A stretch of 57,740 nucleotides of DNA, filler included, from Sphacelaria rigidula (GCA_964200075.2; 7 parts of 7 records of this genome joined end to end with filler, not necessarily neighbours in it), one strand, 5' to 3'. Shown: positions 1-16,526, counted from the first letter of the whole stretch. Numbers and translations are program-made. Notes: generated from the sequence alone by a model not told the origin.

Positions 1-3000
1 GATCTTTCGTGCAAGACAGATATGCCACTTCAGCCCCATATTTTGTTTGAACCCCAAAATATAAACTCGGCTGTTATGTGGTAATTTGCACTCCCGGAGA
101 AAATTCCCGCGACCGAGCGCAAGTTTCAATCAAGCGCTGTAACGTGAAAGACGGTAGAGCAGGTGGGCACAGACGGTCCGAGTACCGCGCCCAGGGCACT
201 TCAATCACCAGCGCGGGCTCTGTCGCCACCACAGACGTAGTGAAGTATCGATCCAACAGCCCCAACACGCCGTGATGGTGTTTTGCGCAATTGCTTCCAT
301 TTCTGCAGTCTGACTGTCCAACGGACATGTTGAACAAATTCGAGGTAATCGGCTACAAGCACCGAAACGTATCATCTGAGTGGCGGAATTGTCGATGCAT
401 TGCTCCTTTTACGAGTGCAAGTCATGCTGATGCTGTTGCACTGGTGTCAAGACCTATACGGGCCAGTTCACACTCATGACCCATGAAGTATTCATCCGCA
501 AATGTTCACGGCGTTTCTTAGAATTAGACTCTGAAAAAAATGGGCACAAGACCCATACATGCAGATAATTTTGTAGTAAGTTAAATTATACTGGTGGTGA
601 GCCACGGCTTACTCACATGGCAGCAGCGCCGCAGGTACCAACGTCACGGGTCTCGCACGCGTGATGGTTTTGAGCAAAATTACGAAAACGACCCTGATGT
701 CAACCATGATTCATAATTTTAAAGTGTGAGCGAATAAGGGCTTCCAGTCCCACGGCTAACATGGCTGTTGGGGATGCTAAACTTGGGGGGTGTTAGCCCC
801 CGAAAAGTATCCGGGCTGTTTGAACACATGTTACTGTAAATTGATCACTTTTCTCCGTTTCTTCGGATACACTTGATCATAGACTACATCCTTGATATAG
901 AGAAATCGTGCGTTAAGGTGACGCTGTCATGAGGCTAGGAAGCGTTAATGACGGAACCCGGTACCGCATAGTTGCGGGTCTGATCAGGCTTGACTAGGTC
1001 AGATGCCAGTTCGATGAAAGGGAACAGGCTAGGTTCAGCAGCACCTCCCGCCGTTCACTCGCTAGGTGGAGCCTATTGCTAAGCATTAACGTGAAAGAGC
1101 GTTGAACAGAGCGATAACGAGTACGAGTGAACAAGAGTCTTGAAGATCAAGTGGGTATAGCTTACTGCGTGAAGCTTTTGAGGTATGAACCACTCCGAAC
1201 ACGAACTGATACACAGCAGCCTTGCAGGGGCTGTCAGACTTGACCCTACTGCACACCCCTGCGTGCACACTGAGGTGCACGCATCATAACTTCATCACAT
1301 CGCGCTCTCAAATCAGACGCCACATACACTTCCACCAACGACAAATTCCGGAGTTGAACGTTTCTTTGAAGTGCTTTTCAAGCTTGCCCTTAAACCCTGC
1401 AGAAATAGGTCATTTTCCGACTTTTTCGCTGAACACGGAACGTGCCCTGGAAAAGGTTATAACCTATCGGGGGCATTTGGGTTCGAAGCACACAACGCAA
1501 AAAATAGCGAACACGCTCCGGCCTTGTAGTGGGTGTGCAGATGATATTAAGACTCGTTCGGTTTTTGAATGGCTTTCCTCCAAGGAGGATATCTGGGTCA
1601 CTATTTTCTTTGTGTGCGTTTGTCGAGCAGGAGCGATAGAATTTGTCTTTCCGCTGCATGATCTCTTGCTTTTGCCGCTAACGTTGGTTCGTCTATGTAT
1701 GAGTGCGTGTGAGCAGTGGCGTTGGGGGTGTGCGTGTCGTGATGTGTGTTATCTGGTGGTTTTGTCGGGATTCAAAAACGGTGTTGGTTGGACCGGCCGG
1801 TCTGTACAAGTGGCCTGTGGAACTCGTTTTACTCTGCCGGCAAGTTCTGTTGCTCTTTGTCAATCGGTGCAAGGTGGTAGCTGTGCAAATTGTGCGTTAT
1901 AAGACCTCATTTAGACAAAAGTGTTTACTGCGCAAGCTAGGAGCGCAGCGCCCATTAGAGTTCCAGATATCAGCATGCACATTTGAATCAAGTCGGGACA
2001 AGTTTACCTCACCAAGTGGTGAACTCTACTCAAACGAAGCCAAAATATTATGCGTGCACCGGGGTGCACCATCGATATTCATCTGTACCCTAGTTAATGA
2101 CAAAAATACTTGGGACTTGTCAGTGCCGCATGACCGCAGTGTTTCCAACCAGGTGCTGTGGTCACGAAAGAGGTCAGGGGGTCGATCGATTTGACAACGT
2201 TAACCTTTTGACGGTTCACGGCACATGACGGTTTTGTTTTGGTTTGTTCAATTTATTGAACTTGGATCTTGAGGTATACTTCTGTGTTGGGGTATGGAAG
2301 ACACACGGCTTGAGGTTCGATGGAGTATACTCCCGCAAACGGGAGAATGATATAGGATTACGGGGACATATTATGTAGGAGGTCGTTTTTCTTGACAGGT
2401 TTCATATTATTTAATGCGAAGTCTTACGGGCCTGATGGAAATTATGTAACGAGTACCGTTTGATTTTCAAGGGGAAAATATTTTTCTGCGTGATAATATG
2501 ACCAGGACGTAGCACCGACAAGGGGGGCTATTGGAATATTGCCGAGCTGAAATCCTGGGGTAGATGAACTTGGATTCATTCGGGTACACTATGATGTTTG
2601 TTGAAGGTATACTGGATTTTGGGACGGGAAGGTATTATATCATGACTGAGTGTATGGCATATAAGGGGATGCAGTCAGCACGCAGCGTGCATCGCTTGTT
2701 AGTTCATATTTCTTCATTTTTGCATTCTACATATTGCGGTGGTGTGAGCGCAGCTCGGATGGAGCTTGCAAGGTTGTTATTGGGTGAGCAAAAGGATATA
2801 AGAGGTGAATACACGAAGAGTTACTATATATTCCTCTCTGTCCAGAGCATCTCATTTGAGGGGCCTTCATTACAGCAAGAGTTAAATGACCCACACGAGG
2901 TATCGTTTTTTACTCTGCATACCAAGAAAGTCGGGATACCCCCTGACTGGGATGTGGCAGACTGCCTGTTGTCCTTGTTTTGCAGACGTCGGGTGAAATC

Positions 3001-3024
3001 AAGGACTGCAATATCACCCCCCAG

Positions 3025-3559
3025 CTTCCTTGCTCGCATATGTGTGCGAGACAACAGTAGCGGTGACGGGAGCACCGCCCTGCTTTTCGACGACGTGTTC
3101 TACTGCGCACAGAGGCACTTCCCGTCCACGGAGAAAGGTGAAGAGAAATCGATATTTGTACTGGTCAGCGTTACAGACAGGAGACGACAACCGGGGCATC
3201 CCGTGATCTTGTTTCCGCGGCTACGCTACCCGCCTGCCCACACATGGTAACCTGGGTATATGCTGGTACTAGACATGATGCTAATCTCTGCAGCGATTGG
3301 GAGTCGCCGAACGGGGACGTACAAAGAACACCGGCGAGCAGCTTTCTCTCCGCCGTTACTCCTCTGGTGATATCGCCATCGACACGCGTGTGCACGGCAT
3401 TCTTTTGGTGCATCTGACCACATCGGCGTAACTTCAACAGAAACTCTGCTTGCGAAGATGCTTGCCCATGGTGGTACTGTTTGGCGTGAATTCTCGGTTT
3501 TTAGTATTGGGGTCAAACCCCATTTGAGTGTTTAACCCCAGAAATTAGAATTGGCTGTT
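3025..3559 (-). mobile_element. Diverged partial copy of the same element family
   Basis: Similar to about 18965-19340 (for example CAGTAGCGGTGACGGGA and GCGCACAGAGGC). Ends GGCTGTT. Confidence 0.72.
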
Positions 3560-4500
3560 GAAGGTATCTCCAAAGTTTCAGTTTTAACTTCAAGAATCGG
3601 CGTGAACATTTGCCCCGTTGTAGTTGAAGAGATCTTAAAAGGTTCCAACTCCGTCGCACTTTTCATATTGGGGTATATTTAACGTATATATAACGTATAA
3701 GTTACCTTTTGGGGGTATATTTGACGGGAAAACGACCCCCTTGCATCAGGTTTTCAAGTTACCCAACAAAACTTTGCACAAATGTTCCTTGGACCACCCC
3801 GGGACGCGCAATGTTTCAACGTTTTTATATCTGAGGCACTCTGTACCCGCTTCCGGGGGTCCGGTGCGAATACCCTCGGGATCCGGTAGAAAACAGGGAA
3901 ACGTTTGAATTACTTCTCAACAATACGTTTTCTATCTGGAGCCCTAATGCCTAGCGAACTGTCAAATTTCAGGGCGGCCTGAGATTTTTCACGACAGATA
4001 CAGGCGAAACCGTCAGGATGCTTTTTGGGTCTTTGGTGCATATCATCGGTGGAAATCCGACGACGCCAAACCCCACATCACAAAAATACCATGGTTTGGG
4101 GTATCATTCGCTCCAATGGTAACCGTTGTCAAATGTGTTTTCTTTTCAGTTATTTTCCCGAATGCCCTTTGATTTGCACACAAAATTCACCCCTCCTCGG
4201 AGAAAAGAGGTGTAAACTACGACAATTCAGCGCCCTTGGTTTGCACATGATTTGGGTTGGCATCTACGTTGTGTAATTTGACACAAACCAAGTCCTCTAG
4301 ACCTGACCTAAGGCGGTGCTGATTCTTCCATCCGATGCGCTTTGCCTAACTTGGATGTATACTCGACACAGTGAGACCCTTTCTTTAAAGCGGTGTGATG
4401 TGTGGGGCAAGAACGCGCAATGATTGCGAGATCTCCGAACAAAAGCGCACCTGATGCTGGGTATTGGTGGTAATTTCCCGATCGCACTTCTCATTTTTGA

Positions 4501-7371
<2,871 letters not shown>

Positions 7372-8111
7372 AAACATTCTCTATCCACCGTAGCTTCAGG
7401 GAGGGAATATATGAACATACCCTCGCTGTCTTCAGATTAATCACATCAATTTCGATGACACCGAACATGCTCACTGAGTGGAGAGCACAGGAATGTATAG
7501 TTTTGTAAGTTCGGACGAATGAAGTTGCAGGGCCAAGAAGATCATGTCATTCAGGCAGGGTGATATTCATCTCTCGCCATCACTAGGAGAAGAAGGGTCG
7601 TCAACGTCGCGCCTCTGAAACCTCGGGTGCGACCACAGGGTGAAGAGGCAATACATTCACGTAATGATTCGTTCGCGGTGGCGCGCGTAGTGACGGCAGG
7701 CACCCCGTCGGTGGCAGGGTCTATGCTTAGTTGCTCTCGACTAGTGTATCAGGTCAGCACAGGGAGGGGTTGCACCTGGGGAAGGCTGAATACATGGCGG
7801 TCAACCTTTTCTCTTCGGTACATTTGTACGAGCTGCGCTGGCTTTCACTTCGTTGGTTGCACGTACGGTTAGTATGATTGAGGTGAAAGGTGATCGGTGG
7901 TGACAGCTTGTATTTTTAGGAAATTACTCGGACTAACAGTATTTTCAGTTGTTGACTCGGACTTGTATTTGTTTATATGATAACGACGTGAACGAAATGC
8001 GTTCACCTTATGTAAATAACGGGTGGAGCTGTTTACCATGGTTCGTACTCGGTTCATTCTCCTGACCGCGTTACCACAGAAACGAACGCCAAAGTCAAAT
8101 GATGCTCATAA

Positions 8112-8163
8112 AACAGCCGATCATCTATGTTGAGGATGGTGCTTTTCATTGAGGATGAGAACC
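8112..8163. mobile_element. End of the foldback MITE family at a contig break
   Basis: AACAGCCGATCATC...TTGAGGATGGTGCTTTTCATTGAGGATGA matches 46931-46982. Confidence 0.8.
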
Positions 8164-8263
8164 NNNNNNNNNNNNNNNNNNNNNNNNNNNNNNNNNNNNN
8201 NNNNNNNTTAATTAATTAANNNNNNNNNNNNNNNNNNNNNNNNNNNNNNNNNNNNNNNNNNNN
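8164..8263. other. Artificial contig linker
   Basis: N44-TTAATTAATTAA-N44, which places stops in all six frames. Confidence 0.98.
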
Positions 8264-8301
8264 TTGGTTTTGGGGTGGTGAGTGTGAGGGGAGCCGTGGG
8301 T

Positions 8302-8345
<44 letters not shown>

Positions 8346-8559
8346 GGTTGGCAGGCGAGAATCGTGAGCGTTGCTGCAAGGGGTGGCTAATGGCCAAGTC
8401 CTACTGACGAAGGAAACTGTTGTGAGCGAGAAGTAAACAACACAATACAGCATAAAAAGTAATGTTGATACTACCATCTAAATCACGGTCTCGTGATGGA
8501 GGGGTTGGTGAGGTCATACTCCAGTAGAAGACAACGTGCGTGCTCCCCCCTGCCCCTCC

Positions 8560-8905
8560 TTGAGCAGAATTCATATGGTGGCAGGATGTGAAATATACAA
8601 CAAGGAACGGGACGTGTTGAAGGAAATGAGGAAACTGAACGAATGTAATGGGGGGGGGGGGGGGAAGGGCACATTTAGGCAAATAGTTAGTAACGAGAAA
8701 ACGATCGCTGTACTAGGAGACAGATTGGTGGTCGAAGATGGCGAAACGAAACGAGGATGCGATGAGTAAAATATTCTTACGTGATGTATGGCGAAAACGT
8801 AATTGTCACCCAAATGATGGAGGTGTCCCTATTAGGAGTAGGAACGGTGCTCCGTCTCGAAAGGAATGCGTGTTCAATGGTCGAACGACTAAGAAAAGCA
8901 GTGAA
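8560..8905 (+). mobile_element. Degenerate 3' coding end of a LINE
   Basis: Fragments SRIHMVAGCEIYNKERDVL, EKTIAVLGDR and, in another frame, GGVPIRSRNGAPSRK resemble the C-terminus of a common brown-algal non-LTR element. Recognised from memory, not from a database search. Confidence 0.6.
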
Positions 8906-9044
8906 TGAGTGCGCCCCCCCCCCCCTCACACACCGAGCATGGCCCAGCGAAAACCCGGGGTGCCCCGTGCCGGCTTTGTAGGGATAATCCGTACGCTTCT
9001 GGCCGAACAATCTTAGCAGGATGCAGCTCACCCTTCATGTGACT

Positions 9045-9190
9045 CGCCGAACACATCACGGCGCTTCGCGCTTGGTGCTTCATTGCGAGCCTGGTCCAAC
9101 GGAAACCTGGCGTGCTCCGCCCCGGCTTTGTGGGGATGCAAGGTCAATGGTCTCATGACTACAGTATGCAAGATCACAAGTACACCCTCC
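9045..9190. repeat. Dispersed repeat of about 145 bp, also at 52245-52390
   Basis: Shared TCACGGCGCTTC...CCCGGCTTTGTGGGGATGC...ATGCAAGATCA. Both copies are intronic. Confidence 0.8.
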
Positions 9191-9216
9191 CTTCCCTCCT
9201 TGAAAATAGAACTCAC

Positions 9217-12200
9217 CTGGTTCTGAAAAGCCGTGCTCATCTGCGCGTAGACCGCCCAATAGGGTACTTGCAGCGCCAGGAATGGAAGCAGTTTCCATAC
9301 CCTCGACACGTCCGCCACCTACATGGTCCAGAAAAGGGCATATGCATGATTAATTAACAAATATAAAACGAAACAGAAGGGGGAAAAAGCACACATGACT
9401 GTTGACAGCGATCTTGCCCAGTGCGTTCATTAACCTGCCACGTGTTTCTCAAGAAAAGCCCAGTACATACAAACAGTCGAGTCGTCATCCTCCGAACGTG
9501 TCGGAAAATGTGCGTCGTCATGTGCCAAAAAAGTCACTCATTATGCACATTTATGGGCGTAATATTCATGGAACAGGGCGAATTTTTGATGAAAACATTA
9601 TTCTTGGGGGGAGTTTTTGACATCACCGTCCTTCACACCAATCTATATATCATCAGACTAATTTTCTTCCGAAAGCGTCATACCCAACAAGGTTCCGAAA
9701 ATTCATGTCTTTTTTCGCCGGGGATTTTTTATTCGATGTATTTCAAGTTCACAATTCCACTCTTTATCCACGTAATATCTGATCTAGAAAATAAAAAATG
9801 AACGACTTGAACTTTGTTTTAGTTCATTCTTGCTTGGTTATTGGAGGCTCGGAAGAAACCGGAATAAGCGCTCCTCTCATGTAAGGAAAATTAGTGACGG
9901 TACTGGCAAGGCGAGTTCACATCCGTGACCATCGGTTCGAGAGCTCGGTTTAAGAAACACACACGAACGCAGAAACTCACACACAGAGAACGAAAACGAA
10001 AACAAAAAACATGGGGTATTTCGTGCGTCACCATCCTTCACACGCACCTCATCATCAGGGTAAGACCCGTTTTCCTTCTGGCTCGCCCTCTGCAACCACC
10101 TCGGCCTTCGTCGCCCGCCCATACCCGCCTCTCCACCGCCACCACCCCTCCCTCCACCTCCCTGTACGCTCCCCGTACCCTCGGTATCATCGTAGTCATT
10201 ATCCATAGCCCCACTACCGCTACCATTACCATGGCCATTATTCGCAATGCCATCGCCGATGACACCATAGGCTCCTCTATTGCTGCTGCTACCCCCGCCA
10301 GCGGTGACCCCACCGGCCACTTTTGTTCTTGTTATGTTTTTACAAGCTGTTTTCTTGGCAGCCTCCGACACAATCCCCGCCGCGCGTCCCAGAACGCTTC
10401 CTGTTGCTGGTAGTCGTCGGTATCTACGGAAGAGAAGAGATCCAGCCGCAAGCGTACAACAGACAGCACCGCATTGATTGATTTGATAGGTATTGGTCTT
10501 GATTCATTCAATTTGATTGGATAGTCGATTTTTTTCTTCTAATTTTGATTTGTGATTTGATCGTCGCACACCTTGTCTCGTTTTTGCCAAACCACAACGC
10601 TAACTCCGTGAACACCACACCGTAAATGCCAACACTACGCAACACTGAATAACCTGGGCAGGGGGAGAACATGCAGTGAATAAGTGCTCTAGGTGAAGTT
10701 TGACGCTGTTTTAGCTCCTCAAATCGACGCCTGAATTAAAACATTAGTTACGCACGCCGGGTGAGACCTTGGAACTTTGCGCCCCCATGTAAATCCGAAC
10801 ACGCTCATCCACACGAAACACAAATGAAAACTTCTCATCAACCATGGGTTCCAAGGTTTCCGGGCGGGACGTCTTTGACGACGCCCTCAATCCTATTGAT
10901 GTCTTTCCGTGGGCGGGATACATTCCGCGGCCGACGCAATCCTCTCTCCGCCCATGTCGAAACTCTTCCGGGTGGGACACCTCTCTCAGCCGGGAAAAAC
11001 TTATTTCGACGCCTGGATCATGACTGATGGTACCAATGAGATAAACTTGAAAAAATGGGTGGGATGCCAGGACCGATAGAGATACGTACAGTAGCCTCCT
11101 TTGAACGCCCATATGACCACGGCATGCAATATCACGAGTACAACCCTCCTTCCATTGGTGGTCGGATGTAGGCCCGCCTGCTGCACTCACTTACCTCGGG
11201 GTACCAGCGATGAACACAGCCACCGCGATTGCCATAGAAAAGGAGGGAATCGAGTATCCCGCCATGAAGCCCCAGTCACGGCCTCCCAGGAACGGAAGAC
11301 CATTCTGGCACACGTACGACACCACCGTGTAACTCACAAGTGCGCCCAAATTAATACTCCAGTAAAACCTGAGCATGTGTTACATACAATACCAGTACAT
11401 GTGTCGTTATCCGGTGAACGGTCATTATCATGCCCCAGTAGAACGTGAACATACGTGCCGTCGTATTGTACTAGCACACGTGTCGTCATCCAGTGAGAGG
11501 TTATCATCATACCCAGTGAAACCTGGGGGGTACATACTACGCGCTACTGTATTGTACCAGCATACGTGTCGTTATCCAGTGGACGATTGTCATGATGCCC
11601 CCGTCAAACCTGGGGACGTGTTATATGCACTTGCAATGTACCACCATATGTGTCGTTTTCCAGTGAACGGTTGTTATGGTGCATATTTTCTTTAAAAAAA
11701 ACAGCACCTCGAGATCAGCGCGTTTCCATTGCCAGTACCTAAAGGGTTGAGCGCAACGCTGCCGACCATTTCAGGACAGGTACAAGCTTAGTCTGGTCTT
11801 TGCATCGTTTGATTCTGCTTGTTCCCTCCTTTTCATGCCCCCTTCCTCGAGCTTCCAGTAGCAGATGCTTTCCGCTTAGTTACTTCGGCCACGTATCTCT
11901 AACCTCGCGATCGTGGCTGGATTCGGTGGGAGATGCCCAATTGATTGACGTGGGAAAATCAATCGGCCGAACACACCAAATACCACTCAATCAAGCAACA
12001 GCTGCGTGTACATGTCGGCATTGATTAATTCTTCCCTTGTACGCAGGCTCCCCTCATTCAAGCTTCAGATTTTAGCACATTGATTTATTGATTCATTGAA
12101 TTATTGAGCGATTGGATGATATGTGTTGTCATCTCATCTGTTCCGGGCGCCAGTCTACACCTTTCGGGTATATGTGGGCGCATCAGCCGGGGTCACACAG

Positions 12201-15200
12201 GAGGAAGGCCGAACACAGGAATGTTCTCTTTTTTATTTCGTATTAGTACTCCACCCTCCTTTTGCGGTGCTTGCCTTCTTTTTTCATCGCGAGATGGGTT
12301 CAGCAATCCCTTTTCCTCATCGACCGCGAGGTTGACATTTTTGTGCGGCCGACGTTTTTGTGTACCGACGACATAGTCGCTCTCCACTGTTCGGCATCGT
12401 GTGAGAAAAAATCCAAGATCGTGTGACTGCACCGACATTCGAACCCACGACCCAACAGTCAAAAGGTTTCGAGGTTACCAACTGCGCCACCGGGGGGACG
12501 GTATATATCGAAATATTAAATGAACGATTAAATGATGCACTGAATTATTCATATATATTGAACTATTCATACATTAAAGTCACACATAAACTGACCTCCT
12601 GAGGGATCCAGCTGTGGTTACAAGATAGACATATACATACCATAGTGCAATCAAAATCAAGCGCGGGAGTGGTCATTATCCGAAATAGGCTACCAAAATG
12701 TCAGGTATCTGCATACCGGGGAAGAGACAGGCTGATCCCGCGACACACTACGCACTCGTACCAAGCAAGGGGAGGGGGTGTTATTCAAAGTACGACGGAT
12801 GGCATGGATACATTCCGACCTTCTCACCAATTGAAAAACGACTGCTTTTCCTTCGCATCGCGGGGATCGGAGTCGTCGAACTGGTCCGCCCCGAACACAG
12901 ACACGCTAGACTTTATGCCTCCCGTCCCCAGCGCTAAAAGGTAGATGGCCGGGAACAGCAAAGCTGGGGACACTCGCCCGGGCACACACGAACCCGCCGC
13001 CACAAACAGGCCCACCAGATACACGCTGGAAAACAACAAAATGGAGTTATACCGACCTATCAAGAAAATGAGAAAGAGGGAGATGTTGGTGGGGGAAGGC
13101 AGGAAAAGTGAAGAAAAACTTCAGCCAACTAAAAAATCGCGAGGGCTGGTGAGGGAGGTAAGGGAAGGGGGGTGGGCATTGATGAAGACATAGTCAAACC
13201 TACTGTACGGACCCGACGAAGGCGGGAATGAACACGCCGTCAGACCTAAAATACTCACTTCTGTGACGAGGGACGAATAACTCACCTACGGGAATTGGTC
13301 ATGATAGGCCACTTCTGTAGGGTAGTAGTCTCCACATTTTGGAAAATGACAACAGTGTACACCAGCGGAAGCCTCACCGAGATAGCTGTCCGCGACCCAT
13401 CCTCCTAGCAACGGGGTAACGTAGCACACTCCTGCCCAGACGGCGTACTGAGTGTCTGCTTCTGCATTGGCCATGCCGAGTTGCGTTTGGAACAGTAGCA
13501 CCAAGGAACCTGCCGAGCCCGAATGCAAACCAGCACCGCATCGTAGCAAACACCAACAAGGCCATCAACATGGGATGGTGCACCGTCGTGTGACCAGTGA
13601 TTCGGTTGGTGATGTGCTCTCTTGACTGACTCACTGTTCGGTCGATTGATTGATTGGCGAATGAGTGATTGTCAACAAACATACATCGAAGCCAAGCGAC
13701 TAAGACAGTACGGCGTCGTTTGACGAACGATTGTGTTGGTGGCGTACTCACTTGTTGCTTGCTGTAGCCGTTTGACCATTGCCCACACACTCGAGACTGA
13801 GTATATACCGGGGAGAGATGCGTTGGTTCCCTGAGACCACGGACTCGTCCCGTCCAAGGGGAGGAGTCAAAAGTGTGGCAACAGAAGAAAAAAAATCCGT
13901 CGCCCGACTGCCGACATCAGAACGTGTTCAGCTTCTGCCGAAGGGCTTTATGGCATAGACCCGGCTTATCAGTATGTTTTGATTTCGTCACGTATGGCTT
14001 CGCTGGAGTGGTCACCGCTGATGTTCTGCTGTACTGAGACGGCAATTTGCTGCCGGCCGCGCCTCATGCGCACAATAATATGACGCGCGGCACATGCGAG
14101 GCAACGGCATTTCCTGTGCGAGTGTTGTCTCTTCCTCACGAACAGCTATCCCGACCCTTACTCCCCCCAAAGTTTGTCCGTAATGTCGCTTCTTACGGTG
14201 TTTGAAAAAAATCCATCCCGAAGAAGCAGGGCTGGGTACTGGCGCAGCCAGCCACTATATTTAGAAATGGCTGTGTCAGCAGCCAGTATACCAGATCTTG
14301 CCAATAATACCTTGGGCCCGAGGCGAAGCCCCGCCGGAGGCACCCCGCCGGAGGCGCATTTGCACTCGATTTGGCTTCACTACAGTAGAGCAAAAGAAAA
14401 TACGGTTCGACTTCAATTTCGGCGCAATTAGATGGCTTTCCGTTGAATAGTGAGATGTTATAGTGGCCCAAACGTGAATAGGAAAGTAATGGCAATACTG
14501 GCTGTTCTTTTTTCTAGTATCAGTCCACAGCCCTACGAAAAAAGCCTTTAGTAGCGATTCAGGACCGATTTTCGCCGGAGTACGGGACGTCAAGGATTGC
14601 GCCAGTTTTTGGAAAGACTTCGCTGCACGAGTTCTACTCCCCGAAAGGATTCTAACGCGCTTTTCTGGTCTTCCATACACCCCGTTCGACTTCCGTCTGG
14701 GAAAATAATTTCTCAAACTGTTCACGAGTACGAGTGTTTCTCGAAGGTCCACTAAGCCCCGTATTTCGGCAAAAATCAGCCCGAAATCGCCAAAATAGTT
14801 TTCTTTCGGGAAATATATATTTTTCCTGGCGTAGGAAAAAAGAAGCTGCCCAAGGCCTCCAAGTACAGGGGAGGTGGGGGGCGTCACCTGGTTACTAGGC
14901 TCATTTTTTGAATTCAAATGTTTGCGATCCTTTGTTCTTTGGTTGGCGGTATTTGAGGTCTTCAGTCTCGCCCGTAGTCGGACCCTGTGTTCATTTCTAC
15001 TGGCCTCGCGCATCGAGTTGGAAAGCCGGGTGCCACCTCCTGAAGTCCGAATGGCCACCTGCGGCACCGGATCTTCTGAGGTTAGCCATATGTACTTTCT
15101 TTCTTCTCTCTTAATATTTATTCCTGTTTTGCTTGTATCGCGTGTTGTGAGTTTTAATCTGGGTCTATCTTGTTTTTTTGTTATTTTTATAGCCTGTGAC

Positions 15201-16131
15201 CACGGAAGGCGTCTGCATCAGATGCCCAGTACAAATGTACCGCGCAGATATCGGAACGGTTTTTAATGTGAAGACAACAACAACAACACCAACACCAACG
15301 AAGACGATGTCGATTCAAAAGATGACACGTGGGCGCCTGAAGGATCAACCCCTTGACCTCTCGGGTGGCTACTTTGTTGGATGGGCGTAACTTGTACTTG
15401 AAAAATGAATGCTAGACCCAGGTGGCGGTCAAGGTCTTCACCAGATAACGAGTACGTTGTACAGTAGTAGGAACCAAAACTGGGGTTCAACCGAGACACT
15501 CATGACACATGGAGATGAATACAATTAGTTACGGGAAAAGCAAATGCGTTCCCGAACGCTTACAGGGTGATATTATCACGGTTAGCGATAGTCGGTGGCA
15601 TTCTGCAATGTTGAGCAGCCCGACGCAAAACGCGCAGCATCGAGTTTTTGACAGACTTCAGGGCGGACAGCACTGCACCACCTGCACCTGACAGGACAGA
15701 CGCGATACGACAGTAATTACCACAGCAAATAAGAGACAGTACAGACAACTGCTGCAGTACAAGGTGTATCAACGACATACACCTGAACACCGGAAATTCG
15801 AGCTCTCACCCGCAAATCCATAATACGCCAGCCGCTCGCAGAACTCAGTGACGATAATGAAGCCTGTCACATGCAACAGCGTCGATCTTCTCTTCACCTG
15901 ACACTTATCACTACTACTGCTCAGCCGCTCGCCCTCCGGCAGCAACGCCGTCTCGGCGCTTGGTCTCCTCTCCGCGCTAGCCGTAGTACGGAACCAAGCA
16001 GCACGTTCATACTGTGCCTCTACCGATGGAATTATGCTGTTCCTCGTGTCACCACTTTCGCCAGGAATACTGTGTGGGTTGTCATCTCGGTCCATAGTCT
16101 GGTACCTTGGAGTATTGTCAGTTGTGTGCAT
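9217..16131 (-). CDS. POT/PTR (NPF/SLC15) proton-dependent oligopeptide transporter, spliced, 3' end beyond contig edge
   Basis: Exons 16131-15810 (ends EFCERLAYYGFAG, the ExxER motif), 13509-13378 (PLLGGWVADSYLG), 13056-12828 (RYNSI...GTGGIKSSVSVFGADQFD...FFNW), 11368-11195 (FYWSINLGAL, PTR2 signature), 10423-10048 (Gly-rich central loop) and 9318-9217 (YWAVYAQMST). All junctions are GT-AG and in phase. The start ATG at 16131 is inferred. Confidence 0.93.
11359..11685. repeat. Four degenerate tandem units of about 75-88 bp overlapping a POT splice acceptor
   Basis: Recurring CCAGT(A/G)AAACCTG...GTGTCGTTATCCAGTG...ATCATGCC. Confidence 0.75.
12120..12500 (-). mobile_element. tRNA-derived SINE (family A) in a POT intron
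   Basis: A box GGTGGCGCAGTTGG and B box GGTTCGAAT. The body is colinear with 42606-42974. Confidence 0.85.
14900..15300 (+). mobile_element. Probable LINE 3' UTR ending in (CAA)n
   Basis: Pyrimidine-rich tract, then GTGACCACGG, then AATGTGAAGA(CAA)n. Confidence 0.5.
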
Positions 16132-16426
16132 ACCCTGATCCAGGGATGCGGAACAGGCAGCTGAGGTAGCAAAATGTAAGATGACAACTGACAATACATC
16201 AACAACAACAGTATAGTACAAGTCCGTACGATGCGGCGGAACCTGGTGGGCTACGGGGTATACCACCCTCTCTGTGACATTTGAAAATGGCAAGGGTCGG
16301 ACAAATAGTGATTCGTCTGGAAATTACTTGCTTTTAGTACAATGAGTCGACTTGTGACAAATCAATCCCTAGGCTTCATTTCAGCGTTGCAAGCCAGGTA
16401 CACGCAGCCCAGACACGTGGAATGGC

Positions 16427-16526
16427 NNNNNNNNNNNNNNNNNNNNNNNNNNNNNNNNNNNNNNNNNNNNTTAATTAATTAANNNNNNNNNNNNNNNNNN
16501 NNNNNNNNNNNNNNNNNNNNNNNNNN
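16427..16526. other. Artificial contig linker
   Basis: Same 100-bp linker. Confidence 0.98.

Noticed and set aside
74..707. Possible minus-strand gene: ATG exon 707-617 with a GTGAGT donor, and ORF 74-337 weakly resembling a cNMP-binding motif
   Set aside because: No phase-consistent splice joins them and the similarity is too short to support a call.
1143..1160. AAGATCAAGTG resembling the U2 snRNA 5' region
   Set aside because: Only about 11 nt match. The branch-pairing GTAGTA and the flanking stems are missing.
2564..3250. Long ORFs such as 1222-1902, 2564-3250, 14276-15067, 17200-17748 and 55679-56455
   Set aside because: They have no recognisable domains and lie in repeats, introns or presumed UTRs. 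Where repeat copies exist, the frame is not conserved.
8264..8345. Poly-G runs at contig edges (also 49600-49680 and 57655-57685) giving poly-Pro/Gly ORFs
   Set aside because: Low-complexity contig-end sequence, probably artefactual.
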